From: a virus
DNA: 64,000 bases
Direction: 5' to 3' (one strand)
Virus record (IMG/VR): IMGVR_UViG_3300029319_000006
Span: 82,763 to 146,762 of that record
Part shown: positions 29,711-39,911 of the stretch, piece after piece
Position numbering within the stretch: position 1 is the first letter of the stretch
Layout: each line of letters opens with the position of its first letter
The notes under the pieces: model-generated
Database searches by the model: none
The model's input: only the letters and a program-made list of their open reading frames with translations
What the model was told of the DNA's origin: nothing
Made by a program: the position numbers and the translations under genes

Positions 29711-30433
29711 ATGTTATTTAAAACTATAATGATAAGAGTAAAAAATGATATAATTTCTGAATCTTATGCTGAATATTGTAAACAATCTTGGGAGTTTGCA
29801 AATATAAGATTTTATGATGCAGTTACTCCATCTCAAGTACATTTACAAGATGGTAAATTAAAATTTGGAAGAAAAAACAATAAAGATTTAACTCCTACAG
29901 AAAAGGCATGTTTTTATAGTCAGTACAATTTATGGAAAAAGTGTGCTAAAGAAAGAATACCTATATTAGTGTTGGAACATGATGCATATTGTACTAATAG
30001 ATCTGCAATTGAATTTAATCCTAATTTAGGTGTTCAGTTTTTTGGTCAACATGCTATGGAAGCTGTAATGTATCATCCAGATTTTTGTAATATAATAGTA
30101 GAACATTGTCAAGGTGATCATTGGGTTACAGGACCAATGAAATTAGTAGATGCATTGTTAGGATATTTCAATCCTGGAGCTCAAAGTAGATATGGAATTC
30201 CTCATGCAAGATATCAAGGAAGATTGGCACCAGTTAAATCTTGTATTGATGAGAGATATGGTACAACAGTAAAACATTTTAATGGTTCTACTACAGCAGA
30301 TAGAGTAAAAGGAGCAGATAGAGAATTATTTAAAATGATTGATCTTAGACCAACTAAAAGAAAAATGGAATTACGTTTAAGAGATGCAAAATTAGTAATT
30401 CCTTCTGAGCAGGAAGTAGTAACAGAAGATTAA
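29711..30433 (+). CDS. Glycosyltransferase family 25-like
   Basis: FYDAVTP, TEKACFYSQYNLWKKC....PILVLEHDA. Confidence 0.8.
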   Translation: MLFKTIMIRVKNDIISESYAEYCKQSWEFANIRFYDAVTPSQVHLQDGKLKFGRKNNKDLTPTEKACFYSQYNLWKKCAKERIPILVLEHDAYCTNRSAIEFNPNLGVQFFGQHAMEAVMYHPDFCNIIVEHCQGDHWVTGPMKLVDALLGYFNPGAQSRYGIPHARYQGRLAPVKSCIDERYGTTVKHFNGSTTADRVKGADRELFKMIDLRPTKRKMELRLRDAKLVIPSEQEVVTED

Positions 30434-31068
30434 TAATAATATCCTATAACCATAAATCTTGTATAATTTTCCATTTTCATACTATCTTGATATAAAATAT
30501 CAGTAATATTATTTTTTAAAGCTAACTCTTCTGTAGATTCAACTAAATTAATATGTCCTTTTACCCCTTCATAATCATTTGATTGTAGTGCATATGTAGG
30601 TCCATAATCAGCAGAAATATCTTTCATGTGTTCACAGCTACAATTAATAACCAAGTCATAATTACTATGAGGTTCTGAATAATCTAATGCATCACATTGT
30701 ATACTATTATAATTTTTTTCCATATTATTAATATCAAAATACAAATCTCTTTGTTTGTGAACTATTGGATTAATATCAACAAAATCATACCAACCAACAT
30801 TACAATTGTATTTCATTAATTCATAAAGAAGAATAGAATTCCAACTTCCAAGAACTAATACATTATCCCATTTTGTTCCAAATTTAGATATTTCTTCAAC
30901 TAACCAAGATTTACATTTTATTTGATTAGGTCTAAAACTTTCTGCAAATTGTTTATCTAATTTTTTAGACATAAACATTTGAAAAGATATTTCAGTTACT
31001 TTTCCTAGTATATCAAACCCTGGATTTTGAAGCATTAAGTAAATACCGTATTGTACTGTTGAGTACAT
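30430..31068 (-). CDS. Class I SAM-dependent methyltransferase-like protein (start uncertain)
   Basis: K.WLVEE, VLVLGSW (motif I-like), [21 protein letters not shown]. Confidence 0.65.
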   Translation of the reverse strand: MYSTVQYGIYLMLQNPGFDILGKVTEISFQMFMSKKLDKQFAESFRPNQIKCKSWLVEEISKFGTKWDNVLVLGSWNSILLYELMKYNCNVGWYDFVDINPIVHKQRDLYFDINNMEKNYNSIQCDALDYSEPHSNYDLVINCSCEHMKDISADYGPTYALQSNDYEGVKGHINLVESTEELALKNNITDILYQDSMKMENYTRFMVIGYYY

Positions 31069-32204
31069 CTAATAAATGTGGTGCACTTACTCAATTGTTT
31101 TAATTTGTTAGCTCCAACATATGTACATGTAGATCTTACTCCACCAAGTATTTCTTGTATAGTAGATTCTACTCCACCTTTATATGGTACCATTACTTCT
31201 CTTCCTTCAGCAGCTCTGTAATCTTTCAATCCTCCAAAGTGTTTGTCATTTGCAGCTTGACTACTCATTCCATAAAATAGAACTTGTTTTTCAATTCTGT
31301 GAATTCTGTTTATAGAACCACCATGATGTAACATTGTTCTATGAGATCCTTCATCTAATATTTCACTAGTAATATATTCTTTTTGTACAATATTTCCACC
31401 ACCTTCATCATGTCCTGCAAGCATACCACCTAACATTACAAAATCTGCTCCTCCAGCAAATGCTTTAGCAATGTCACCTGGGCATGTACAGCCTCCATCA
31501 GCAATGATATGTCCACCAAGGCCATGAGCAGCATCAGCACACTCCATAATAGCACTAAGCTGAGGATAACCAACACCAGTTTGAATACGAGTAGTGCAAA
31601 CGCTCCCAGGACCGATCCCAACTTTAACAATATCTGCTCCACTTAAAATCAACTCCTCTGTCATTTCACCAGTTACTACATTTCCAGCAATAATAACTAT
31701 ATTAGGATAATTAAACCTAAATTTCTTTACAAAGTCAACAAATCTTTCACTATAACCATTAGCAACATCAATACAAACATATTTTAATAATCTATTACAT
31801 TGTTCATATACTTTACGAAACTTTTCATGGTCTTGGTCAGTTATTCCAATACTCATAGCAACATAATCTGCACGTAAACCAATAGGAACTTTATCAGTTC
31901 CTTCATGGTCAAAATAATCTACTAATTGTTGTACTGTATAAGTTTTTACTAAACAAGTCATAATTCTTTGTTTAGCTAATGTGTCAGCCATTGTCATAGT
32001 ACCAACACCATCCATATTACTAGCTATAATAGGAATGCCTCTATAATGTTTATCTTCTTGAAATTTAGGATGACCACTATACTCATAGTTCCGAAAAGTA
32101 AATCCACGAGAAAGTTCTATTTCTTTTCTACTTCCTAGAGTACTTCTTTTAGGACGGATTAATACATCCTTGAAGTCTAACTTCACATCTTGTTCTATTC
32201 TCAT
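31035..32204 (-). CDS. guaC: GMP reductase
   Basis: [55 protein letters not shown]. Confidence 0.95.
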   Translation of the reverse strand: MRIEQDVKLDFKDVLIRPKRSTLGSRKEIELSRGFTFRNYEYSGHPKFQEDKHYRGIPIIASNMDGVGTMTMADTLAKQRIMTCLVKTYTVQQLVDYFDHEGTDKVPIGLRADYVAMSIGITDQDHEKFRKVYEQCNRLLKYVCIDVANGYSERFVDFVKKFRFNYPNIVIIAGNVVTGEMTEELILSGADIVKVGIGPGSVCTTRIQTGVGYPQLSAIMECADAAHGLGGHIIADGGCTCPGDIAKAFAGGADFVMLGGMLAGHDEGGGNIVQKEYITSEILDEGSHRTMLHHGGSINRIHRIEKQVLFYGMSSQAANDKHFGGLKDYRAAEGREVMVPYKGGVESTIQEILGGVRSTCTYVGANKLKQLSKCTTFIRCTQQYNTVFT

Positions 32205-32509
32205 TATACACCAAAACTCTCACCACATCCGCAACTTGCTGTTGCATTAGGATTAATCACTTTTAAATAAGATCCACCAAGTTCTTTAACATAATCAATT
32301 GTACATCCAAAAACAAACATTTCTGCCATTGGGTCTAACCACAAATTCTCTACTGTTGGTTCCTTATCTGTTATTCCCCATTCGTATTGGAAACCAGCAC
32401 AGCCTCCACCTCTAACCGAAAGTGATACATTTGGTTTTCCAACAGATTGTAAATACTCTTTTGCTGAGTCTGTCAGCTTAAGAGGTATTTTCAGGGTAGT
32501 GCCTTGCAA
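32204..32509 (-). CDS. A-type Fe-S cluster carrier (IscA/HesB family)
   Basis: [28 protein letters not shown]. Confidence 0.92.
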   Translation of the reverse strand: MQGTTLKIPLKLTDSAKEYLQSVGKPNVSLSVRGGGCAGFQYEWGITDKEPTVENLWLDPMAEMFVFGCTIDYVKELGGSYLKVINPNATASCGCGESFGV

Positions 32510-32705
32510 TGGTTTCTATTATCTCCTGGTGTTTAGCTATCTCACATATCTCTTTTTCTAAAGATTCAACAACACAACTATGTTCACCTATTCCGGCTGG
32601 AGCAGAAAGATAAATTTCTACATTTGCTTTATGCACTTCTATCATACCTTGAGCTTTTGCAATTATTGCGTCCAGCATCATTTTTCTTTTCTCGCTGAGG
32701 TTCAT
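32478..32705 (-). CDS. Conserved marine phage hypothetical protein
   Basis: H.ANVEIYL..PAGIGEH motif; AGGAG SD. Confidence 0.75.
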   Translation of the reverse strand: MNLSEKRKMMLDAIIAKAQGMIEVHKANVEIYLSAPAGIGEHSCVVESLEKEICEIAKHQEIIETIARHYPENTS

Positions 32706-32805
32706 TTTTTCTCCTATTTTTCACATCAGTTTTGTCAATTGGTTCAACTTTTCTTGTATTTGTTACGTAATAATTATTAGGTGATATTTGATAAACATTT
32801 ATCAT
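32629..32805 (-). CDS. Possible 58-aa late protein (not in ORF track)
   Basis: TATAAATA at 32811-32818 directly before the ATG; MINVYQISPNNYYVTNTRKVEPIDK...; fills an otherwise empty gap. Confidence 0.35.
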   Translation of the reverse strand: MINVYQISPNNYYVTNTRKVEPIDKTDVKNRRKNEPQREKKNDAGRNNCKSSRYDRSA

Positions 32806-32813
32806 AGTTGTAT

Positions 32814-33110
32814 TTATACCATTCTTAATTGTTTTACTGCACCCTCAACTCTTGGTGGATATCTTCCTAAAAATGTTCCTGCTTTTAAAGCATCTCTTAC
32901 AATATGTTGTTTATGTATATGATCTATAATATCCCAATTTTCATCTATTTTTCTAGCTAATCTATCAAACAATGCATCACTTAATATTGGATTATCTTCT
33001 TCATAGTACGCATAAGCTGCCATAAGATACCATGGTATAGTCATATTAACATTATTATCAACTTTATCTAAACATTCCTTATCGTACAATTTGTTCTCCT
33101 CTTTCGGCAT
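32814..33110 (-). CDS. Stand-alone NAD-dependent ligase domain Ia-like protein
   Basis: AYAYYEEDNPILSDALFDRL matches the YY..D.P..SD..(Y/F)D.L motif of LigA domain Ia. Confidence 0.75.
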   Translation of the reverse strand: MPKEENKLYDKECLDKVDNNVNMTIPWYLMAAYAYYEEDNPILSDALFDRLARKIDENWDIIDHIHKQHIVRDALKAGTFLGRYPPRVEGAVKQLRMV

Positions 33111-33465
33111 AAAAAGCCTCCGTTAATTCTTTTTCTATTCTATACGCTTCCTGTTCAAATGGTCTTTCATAATATGGTAAATCGGTACTCATATCTACCT
33201 TTCTCAGATATTGATTCACATGAACTAATTCATGGAATAAAGTTGTAATGATTTCTAGTGGGGAGAGAGAACCGTCGAATCTGATCGTAAAATCACGATC
33301 ATCTTCATGCATGCAATCGCCATTGACTCCTTGGTTACGTATTCTAATAATATTTATAAAAATATTTTTATGTCTAGGAAATAAAGATTTACTACCAAAT
33401 AATAATACATCTGATATAAGATCTTGTAATTTTTTAGTTCTTATATTTTCAAAACTAATTAACAT
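33079..33465 (-). CDS. Zincin-like metallopeptidase
   Basis: LFHELVHVNQY (HExxH), PFEQEAY. Confidence 0.75.
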   Translation of the reverse strand: MLISFENIRTKKLQDLISDVLLFGSKSLFPRHKNIFINIIRIRNQGVNGDCMHEDDRDFTIRFDGSLSPLEIITTLFHELVHVNQYLRKVDMSTDLPYYERPFEQEAYRIEKELTEAFYAERGEQIVR

Positions 33466-33470
33466 ACTTA

Positions 33471-33508
33471 CTTATCGCATATTAAAACACAAAAGTCAAC
33501 AGTTAATT
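33471..33508 (-). promoter_or_regulatory. Early sigma70-type promoter (AATTAACTG-TTGACT-17-GATAAG)
   Basis: -35 at 33494-33499, -10 at 33471-33476; ATG follows 5 nt later. Confidence 0.8.
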
Positions 33509-34129
33509 TTTAGTTCTTATTTCTACATTTTTTCCGACAGGAAATTTTATCTGGTTATGAGGATGATATAGTATCCACTGAACATTTTGAAACTCATTGA
33601 ATATTCCTTGCCAGATTGGTCTCCATCTATCATTAAGTCTAACATTATTAGTAGCACCTCGATCAGAGTTCAATACAAAGTCTGTATAACTTCTCAGATT
33701 CATATCAAACAAACTATCGAATCCGTACATATGAATTTCATCACATTTTAATTTATTAGCTGTATAATGAGCAGCCATATGTCCACAATTAAAGTTAGTA
33801 TATCCTTGACCTACTTGTCCTTCTTCACCTGGCATTCTTGCATATGGAGGTAACACAGTATAAAATTCTTTAATTTTATGACCAAATCTCATTTTAAAAT
33901 TACCTTGATTTTGATCATACCAAACTTTAGGTCTATATCCTAGAGTCCAATCATATTGAATTTGTACACTTCCCTCAGTTAATGCATTACACATTTTAAA
34001 ATCTACTATACATGAAGTATAAAAATTTAAATGAAAAGGAGGTTGATTACACGCTATATGTAAACCTCTAGCTGGTTTATACATTGCAACTTGATCACCA
34101 TTACCAATAATATGTGCTACTTTACTCAT
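33503..34129 (-). CDS. MptE-like / sialyltransferase-fold glycosyltransferase-like protein
   Basis: AHIIGNG, IACN, VD, N.G..A, EIHMYGFD motifs. Confidence 0.6.
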   Translation of the reverse strand: MSKVAHIIGNGDQVAMYKPARGLHIACNQPPFHLNFYTSCIVDFKMCNALTEGSVQIQYDWTLGYRPKVWYDQNQGNFKMRFGHKIKEFYTVLPPYARMPGEEGQVGQGYTNFNCGHMAAHYTANKLKCDEIHMYGFDSLFDMNLRSYTDFVLNSDRGATNNVRLNDRWRPIWQGIFNEFQNVQWILYHPHNQIKFPVGKNVEIRTKN

Positions 34130-34817
34130 TATGCCAATATTCTTTTATCCATTGTTGGGGTTCATATGTAGCCATTGGTGTTACTATAGTTTCTGTCATA
34201 GCTTGTATAATACTTGGTCTGCCATGAAAACAAATTATAGACACATTCTCTTTAGGAGGTCTTGGATACACATTGTACTTATATGATTTTAATTTACCTG
34301 GATATTTGTTTTGAAGTAATGTTCTATTATAAGGATTCATTTTACTACTAAGGTATTCTCCATCACCTCTAAATCTATCAATAACATGATCATATCCTAA
34401 TACAAATTCATTCCAAAGATAATTGTTAGGATTAAAGTCCCAAGACATTACTCCTGTTTGTAACACTCCTTTTAAATGAGGTTGATGAGCATTAACTGCT
34501 CCAACATCTTCTATACCCATAAACCAACTATCATCTGTTAATAACCAATCTAGGTTTCCTGTAATCAAAGTATCTAAATCCAAATACACCATTCTTTCAG
34601 AAGTTTTTTGAGCAGGATCAAACATTTGTAATTTATTCCACCAACCTTCATATCCAGGTCTAAGAACTTTTACATCTATTCCACTTATTGCTTTATCACT
34701 ATAACATACAAAATTATGATCTATTGTAGTGTTTCGTTTGACTGCAGCTTTTAAATTATAAACATAATCAATTGGAAATTTATTTCCCCAATAAACACAT
34801 GCTACTGTTGGTTTCAT
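34122..34817 (-). CDS. GT-A glycosyltransferase (GT8-like)
   Basis: CV.WG.KF..DYV.NL, GWWNKL.MF, YLDLD, GD..Y, IICFHG.P. Confidence 0.8.
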   Translation of the reverse strand: MKPTVACVYWGNKFPIDYVYNLKAAVKRNTTIDHNFVCYSDKAISGIDVKVLRPGYEGWWNKLQMFDPAQKTSERMVYLDLDTLITGNLDWLLTDDSWFMGIEDVGAVNAHQPHLKGVLQTGVMSWDFNPNNYLWNEFVLGYDHVIDRFRGDGEYLSSKMNPYNRTLLQNKYPGKLKSYKYNVYPRPPKENVSIICFHGRPSIIQAMTETIVTPMATYEPQQWIKEYWHNE

Positions 34818-35335
34818 TTTTTATCCTCCATAATTAAAGATACAATATCAATATCAATTGGTTTAGGTCTTGTATATTTTAAATCTATTATAGTACCAGC
34901 TCCTAAAACCTTAGCTCCTGTTTGTTGTATCAAAGATTTAGTAGCCATAATACTTCCGCCTGTTGCTACTAAATCATCTATAATTATACACCTACTTGTG
35001 TGTCCTAACAACCCTTTTTGTAATGTTAATTCTGATTGACCATATTCTAAATTATATTTTTGATATAGTAACTTACCTGGATAAGCTGAGTTTGGTTTTC
35101 GGACCATTAAAAATGGAATATCTTTTATCATAGATAATGCACTACCAACAACAAAACCTCTACTTTCAATACCAACTATATGAGTTGGTCCTTTAAATTT
35201 TTTTACTTTTTTAGCTAATTGGTAAATGCTATATCTGAATGCACCACTACTAAACAAACTATTCATATCATAAAAATTTACACCTTTGACAGGATAGTTA
35301 GGTATAGTTCTAATATAATCTAATATTAGTTTCAT
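34814..35335 (-). CDS. apt: Adenine phosphoribosyltransferase
   Basis: IR.IPNYP.KGV.F.D, GIESRGF, VRK, Y.LEYG, IIIDDLVATGGS. Confidence 0.92.
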   Translation of the reverse strand: MKLILDYIRTIPNYPVKGVNFYDMNSLFSSGAFRYSIYQLAKKVKKFKGPTHIVGIESRGFVVGSALSMIKDIPFLMVRKPNSAYPGKLLYQKYNLEYGQSELTLQKGLLGHTSRCIIIDDLVATGGSIMATKSLIQQTGAKVLGAGTIIDLKYTRPKPIDIDIVSLIMEDKK

Positions 35336-35979
35336 ACTTCCTCAATAATATAATTTTCATTATACATATGTTTTGCTAGACAACCATACTGTCTTTGAAT
35401 AGTAGAAAAATTTTCTTTTACTTCTACAGGCCATGGATAATATTCTTCTAACCAAGGAAATGTTTGTAAGTTTAAAAATATATCTGTAGGAGCTCCTCTA
35501 GTAATTCCTGTTTCTACCATTATTTTAGCTGCATTAGGTTTGACTCTATATGCATGAGCACCTGGAAAATATGGTTTAGATACAAGTCTATTTCTTCCTA
35601 AAGCCATAGGAGTGTTAAATTTACCATATGATGGTTTTCCAAAAGATATACAACCATTGTGTTCAATTGAAGGGATATTTTCCATTATAACTGCATCATG
35701 TTCAAATATAGTAACTTCTTCTCCAGATTCCATACTATACATCCATAAAGATAAATGAGAACAAAAAGCTGCCATAGCATTATGTTCTCTTGAATATTGA
35801 CTATTATTAAATTGTTCTGTGTTTATTTTATGTTCAGAAATAAAATCAAAACATGTATGAGGGGTGAATGCTTGATAATAATCTATTTCCAAACCAAACT
35901 TTTTTCCAGACTCTACACATCTATCAGCAGCTTGATGAGATTTATCATTATCAATTATAGTTATAACAAAGTGTTTCAT
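35332..35979 (-). CDS. Glycosyltransferase family 25-like
   Basis: FVITI, AFTP, AAFCSHLSLW, IFEHDA, PGAHAY.V.P.AAK. Confidence 0.85.
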   Translation of the reverse strand: MKHFVITIIDNDKSHQAADRCVESGKKFGLEIDYYQAFTPHTCFDFISEHKINTEQFNNSQYSREHNAMAAFCSHLSLWMYSMESGEEVTIFEHDAVIMENIPSIEHNGCISFGKPSYGKFNTPMALGRNRLVSKPYFPGAHAYRVKPNAAKIMVETGITRGAPTDIFLNLQTFPWLEEYYPWPVEVKENFSTIQRQYGCLAKHMYNENYIIEEV

Positions 35980-35981
35980 AA

Positions 35982-37106
35982 TTATCCTTGGGTAGTAGAA
36001 GCAACTCCTTGTAATGTTGTGTAGTATGGATAAACTACTCTCATTAAATGTCCACCCATCAATTGTTTACACATAAGAGCATCATTTGGCCACAATCCAA
36101 CATCATCAATTATTTCAAATAATTTTCTAGCAGGACCTGGGTTCATTAAATATGCTGAATTACCAGCTAAACCTTGTGGTACAGATTTATCATCCACCCA
36201 AGGTACTTCTCTATAAAAATGCTTAGGTTTGTTTTCTCCTGTTACACCATTTTGTAACATATTCATAGCATTATCTAAAGAGCTATTCATATTAGGATTA
36301 AAAAGTTTCTTGTCAATTTGACTAGAAGCTATTTTTTCTCCTTGACTGTTGTGATGTACTCGTTTCATTAAATTAGCTTCTACTATTTCATCACCTACAA
36401 CACTAGGTGAAAAAGCTCCACCCCAGCCATCAGGTATGATTTTATTATCTGCTATACTATTACCAGAATTAAGAACTTTTTCATAGTATAAGTGTGCCTT
36501 TCGTGTTGCTCCTAATGGATTATTCAACCCTATAACACAATTTCTTTTTTCCCAACCAGGTGGCATTTCTTGATAATCAAATTTTCTTGTAAAAATAGCA
36601 TCATGTTCCAATACCATAATTGGTGTGTTTATCATTAAACAGAATCTCCATACATTCATATGAGATAACAAACATGCAACTACTTTTTTTTGATCTTTTG
36701 CGCCATAAGCATGAACTTTCAAACCAGATCTTAAATCTATTTTCTGTGTCCCTGGTTTTACAGGCCATGTCCAATCAGTAATTTTTTTACTAAAACTTTG
36801 TAATGCAGGTTGTAAAGTTTCAGGAGTAACAGCTGGAATAATAAAAGGAGACAACTTAGAATTAGTAGCTTGTATTGATCTAATACATTTACGAGCAGCT
36901 GCAATACTATTTGTATTGTTTATGTCTGTAATGATACCAGCACATATTTCAGATTGAATTCTTCCATCTTGTGGACTAAGTCTTTCAAATTCAGGTACTA
37001 GATTTTTTTTAAATTGTTCTACAGTTTCAGCTTTTGATAAATTCTCACTTCGTCGAATTTTATCTTCATTTTCTCTAGCTGTTGCACCTTTTGTAACATC
37101 TACCAT
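35982..37106 (-). CDS. Glycosyltransferase family 25-like, with internal insertion
   Basis: AVTP, ACLLSHM..W, VLEHDAIF, GLAGNSAY...P..A..L, WPND; cATAAATA at 37125-37132 upstream. Confidence 0.85.
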   Translation of the reverse strand: MVDVTKGATARENEDKIRRSENLSKAETVEQFKKNLVPEFERLSPQDGRIQSEICAGIITDINNTNSIAAARKCIRSIQATNSKLSPFIIPAVTPETLQPALQSFSKKITDWTWPVKPGTQKIDLRSGLKVHAYGAKDQKKVVACLLSHMNVWRFCLMINTPIMVLEHDAIFTRKFDYQEMPPGWEKRNCVIGLNNPLGATRKAHLYYEKVLNSGNSIADNKIIPDGWGGAFSPSVVGDEIVEANLMKRVHHNSQGEKIASSQIDKKLFNPNMNSSLDNAMNMLQNGVTGENKPKHFYREVPWVDDKSVPQGLAGNSAYLMNPGPARKLFEIIDDVGLWPNDALMCKQLMGGHLMRVVYPYYTTLQGVASTTQG

Positions 37107-37127
37107 AAGTTTTCCTTTTTATTGTAT

Positions 37128-37841
37128 TTATGGTTCTATTAATCCACGTTCTACAAGTTCCTCATAATTTTTCATCTTTGCTCCATATACTCCTTGTGAA
37201 TCATCATAAGGTTTTTTTCTTATGTGAATCATATAACAATTTTCTACATTAGGTAAGTAATGACTATAACACCATTTTTCATCTAAACATTTATCGTATA
37301 TACTATAACCTAAATTTCCATGTACGGCAAGCATATGCATAATACCTTCTTCAACATATGGATGTGGACTTATTTGTCTCATCATTGCTCGAGTTACTGG
37401 ATTAATTTGAGCTCTAAATGCTTGTCTTACTTCTCTTGGTAATACATAACAAGCTCCAGACCATAATTGAACATCTCGACTAGTAAAACCTGGAAACAGT
37501 TGAACAAAGGCTGGATGTTGTCTATTTTTATGAACATCATCATAACATGCAACTCCTTTAGCTTCAAATACATTTTCTGTCATCCCTTTACGAACAAACA
37601 TATCTGAGTCTAACATAACAACAGTATCATATTCATCATATTCTTCATTAAGCATAGCAAGTTTTTGACATTGCATTCGAAGATCTTCCATAAATGGTTT
37701 ACCATCTAATAGTTTATATTCCGCACCTAAACTTTTTGCATACCTTTCTATATTAGCTACACTTTTTTCTACAATCGGATGTGAATTTTGACCCAAGTAT
37801 TTTTCATGTGGTTGAAAATGTTGAAGAATAATATTTTTCAT
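37128..37841 (-). CDS. GT-A glycosyltransferase-like (paralogue family)
   Basis: IILQH, YA..LGAEY, QKL..L...YD.YD.V.MLDSD. Confidence 0.7.
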   Translation of the reverse strand: MKNIILQHFQPHEKYLGQNSHPIVEKSVANIERYAKSLGAEYKLLDGKPFMEDLRMQCQKLAMLNEEYDEYDTVVMLDSDMFVRKGMTENVFEAKGVACYDDVHKNRQHPAFVQLFPGFTSRDVQLWSGACYVLPREVRQAFRAQINPVTRAMMRQISPHPYVEEGIMHMLAVHGNLGYSIYDKCLDEKWCYSHYLPNVENCYMIHIRKKPYDDSQGVYGAKMKNYEELVERGLIEP

Positions 37842-38521
37842 AATATTTCTAATCCATATATTTCTCTTACTACTTGAGGTATATTATTTTTTCTTGCATT
37901 ACAAAAGTGTAAAAGAGTAGCATCTTTATGAGCCTCTTCAGGTAAATCACAAAATCTATCATGTGGTAATTGTAATTCCTTATGATCTTTTAATATTCCA
38001 GTTATATGAAATAGATGGTGAGTCAATATCTCATCATTAGGTGGTAATCCATCAGAAGATTTGTTATTATCTATTATATCCTTTTTTAGAGCTTTTCTCA
38101 ACTCTTTTCTGTATTCTTTTTTTAATTTTACACAATTACCAAAGAACATAGGTTGACCTTTATGATATAAGGTAGGCCATTTTCTACCATTTTTACTAGC
38201 ATCTACTTTAGACATACCTTTTAAATGTAATCTACCAATACCTTCATAATTAAATATATTATCTATATTCTTTGTAGCAATCATATCCATATCTAATAAT
38301 AACACATCATCATATGAATCAAATTTTTGACTAAGTACATATAATTTTTGTAGTATTAACCAAGGCTTTTCTTGTTTCTGTTTTACCATATCCATCATTG
38401 GATAATCTTTTAGTAAAAGATATTCACTATTAATTGATTTAGCATATTTCCTTATAGTTTGTTCTGCCATTGATGTCCATTGAGGAAAATCACCACACCA
38501 ATGTTGTACAATTAAATTCAT
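37838..38521 (-). CDS. GT-A glycosyltransferase-like (paralogue family)
   Basis: LIVQHW.G, YA..I..EY, QKL..L...FD.YD.VLLLDMD, LLHF. Confidence 0.7.
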   Translation of the reverse strand: MNLIVQHWCGDFPQWTSMAEQTIRKYAKSINSEYLLLKDYPMMDMVKQKQEKPWLILQKLYVLSQKFDSYDDVLLLDMDMIATKNIDNIFNYEGIGRLHLKGMSKVDASKNGRKWPTLYHKGQPMFFGNCVKLKKEYRKELRKALKKDIIDNNKSSDGLPPNDEILTHHLFHITGILKDHKELQLPHDRFCDLPEEAHKDATLLHFCNARKNNIPQVVREIYGLEIL

Positions 38522-39117
38522 CTTGAAAACACCATCACATATCCTCCATGTCTTGCAAGACCTGGACCTTTGCAGATTGTATCTTTTAACTTAAATCCAT
38601 ATAATTTAATTATATCTGTAATTTCTGATCCTACAGCATTTAAAGGATCTTGTTGAGTAACACCTTTCATATTCTGATAATCAGACCATTCTATAGCTAA
38701 TATACCAAACTCTGAAACTTGATTACACCATGTCTGTAACGTAAGTTTTACATCATTAGTATGATCTAATGAATTAGAATAAACAATATCATGCTGGCCA
38801 ATCCATTCATCTTTTTGTTTATTAAAATCCCAAACTTCTGTCATAGGAGCATACTTAGCTTTTTCACAAATCTCTGTACCAACAATCTCACATTCTGGTA
38901 AATAAAAATTAAAATGTCTTTGTTCTTCTCCACTTCTTGTTCCATGACATAAGACACTTGATATATTAATATTATTTTGTTTTGTATATTCAACTATTTT
39001 TTCAATAGTAGCTTGTCTAACATAAACTGTTCTATTATATTTGAAATCTGTAGTCTTTTTTTGAGAATTTATATAATCATTATAATCTTGATATTCATAA
39101 CTTTTCATAATTTCCAT
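38518..39117 (-). CDS. SAM-dependent methyltransferase-like protein
   Basis: VLCHGTR.GEE, G.EI, DF, DIVYSNSLDH. Confidence 0.7.
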   Translation of the reverse strand: MEIMKSYEYQDYNDYINSQKKTTDFKYNRTVYVRQATIEKIVEYTKQNNINISSVLCHGTRSGEEQRHFNFYLPECEIVGTEICEKAKYAPMTEVWDFNKQKDEWIGQHDIVYSNSLDHTNDVKLTLQTWCNQVSEFGILAIEWSDYQNMKGVTQQDPLNAVGSEITDIIKLYGFKLKDTICKGPGLARHGGYVMVFSR

Positions 39118-39911
39118 TCCGTTACTGGTAAGTTAACAACTCTATCAATTTTTTCAGGGTCAAACTTATTAGCTCCTGCTAATTGTACATGAACAAAATT
39201 ACTTTGATCTCTAAGATCTACTACGGGTCTTGGATCTTTTGTATCTGGTTGATAATGTACACTACTGTTCCATTTATAATCCATTGTTATCCAATTCATT
39301 TTAGCTACTTCTAACATAGCATGTAGATATGGTTGATCACAAGTATAAAATTCTGGTAATCCTGAATTTTGAATCATAGAAGTATATAATTGAAATTTTA
39401 GAAATTTATATTTTGCTTTTAACATTCCAGGTTTAGAATAAACTACAACTCCTGAATTATATACTTTAGGTAAACCAGATTTTGTTCTTGGAAGTTTCAC
39501 GTTAAAGAATGCTTCTATAATTTTTACCCATCTTTCATCATTCATATTATTAATACCAGCAATAGTATGTTTAGTTCTTACATCAGGAGCATTCCATTCT
39601 TCACATATTCCTATATCAATTGGTGTTCCTTTAAATTGATCAAATATATTTTCTGTTAATCCTATTACTGGAAATACATCAGTATCTACATATAAAACAT
39701 AATCATAATGTTCAGACATATAATCATTAAATATAGGTTTAAATGATCCATAATGAGAGGAAAAAGAACCTAAATTAGTAACAAACTTAGGATTATGTTC
39801 GTATACATATTCAGAATTTATTTCCTCAGCATAACGTCTCATACATTTTACGCTATGTTCACTTTCGCTGGTTTCTTCACCATCTCTGTATTGATATATT
39901 AATGTCCTCAT
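39105..39911 (-). CDS. GT-A glycosyltransferase-like (paralogue family)
   Basis: LIYQY, YA..I..EY, YDYVLYVDTD, YNSGVV, DQ.YL, KWN, FVH. Confidence 0.75.
   Translation of the reverse strand: MRTLIYQYRDGEETSESEHSVKCMRRYAEEINSEYVYEHNPKFVTNLGSFSSHYGSFKPIFNDYMSEHYDYVLYVDTDVFPVIGLTENIFDQFKGTPIDIGICEEWNAPDVRTKHTIAGINNMNDERWVKIIEAFFNVKLPRTKSGLPKVYNSGVVVYSKPGMLKAKYKFLKFQLYTSMIQNSGLPEFYTCDQPYLHAMLEVAKMNWITMDYKWNSSVHYQPDTKDPRPVVDLRDQSNFVHVQLAGANKFDPEKIDRVVNLPVTEWKL

Noticed and set aside
27649-33508. CRISPR-like or iteron repeats from the recurring AATTAACTGTTGACTTTT
   Set aside because: Copies are kilobases apart, each upstream of a gene with -35/-10 spacing; they are promoters.
36220-36540. Intein in the GT25 insertion (contains VHHNS)
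   Set aside because: The segment is far shorter than a minimal intein and has no block A/B motifs.
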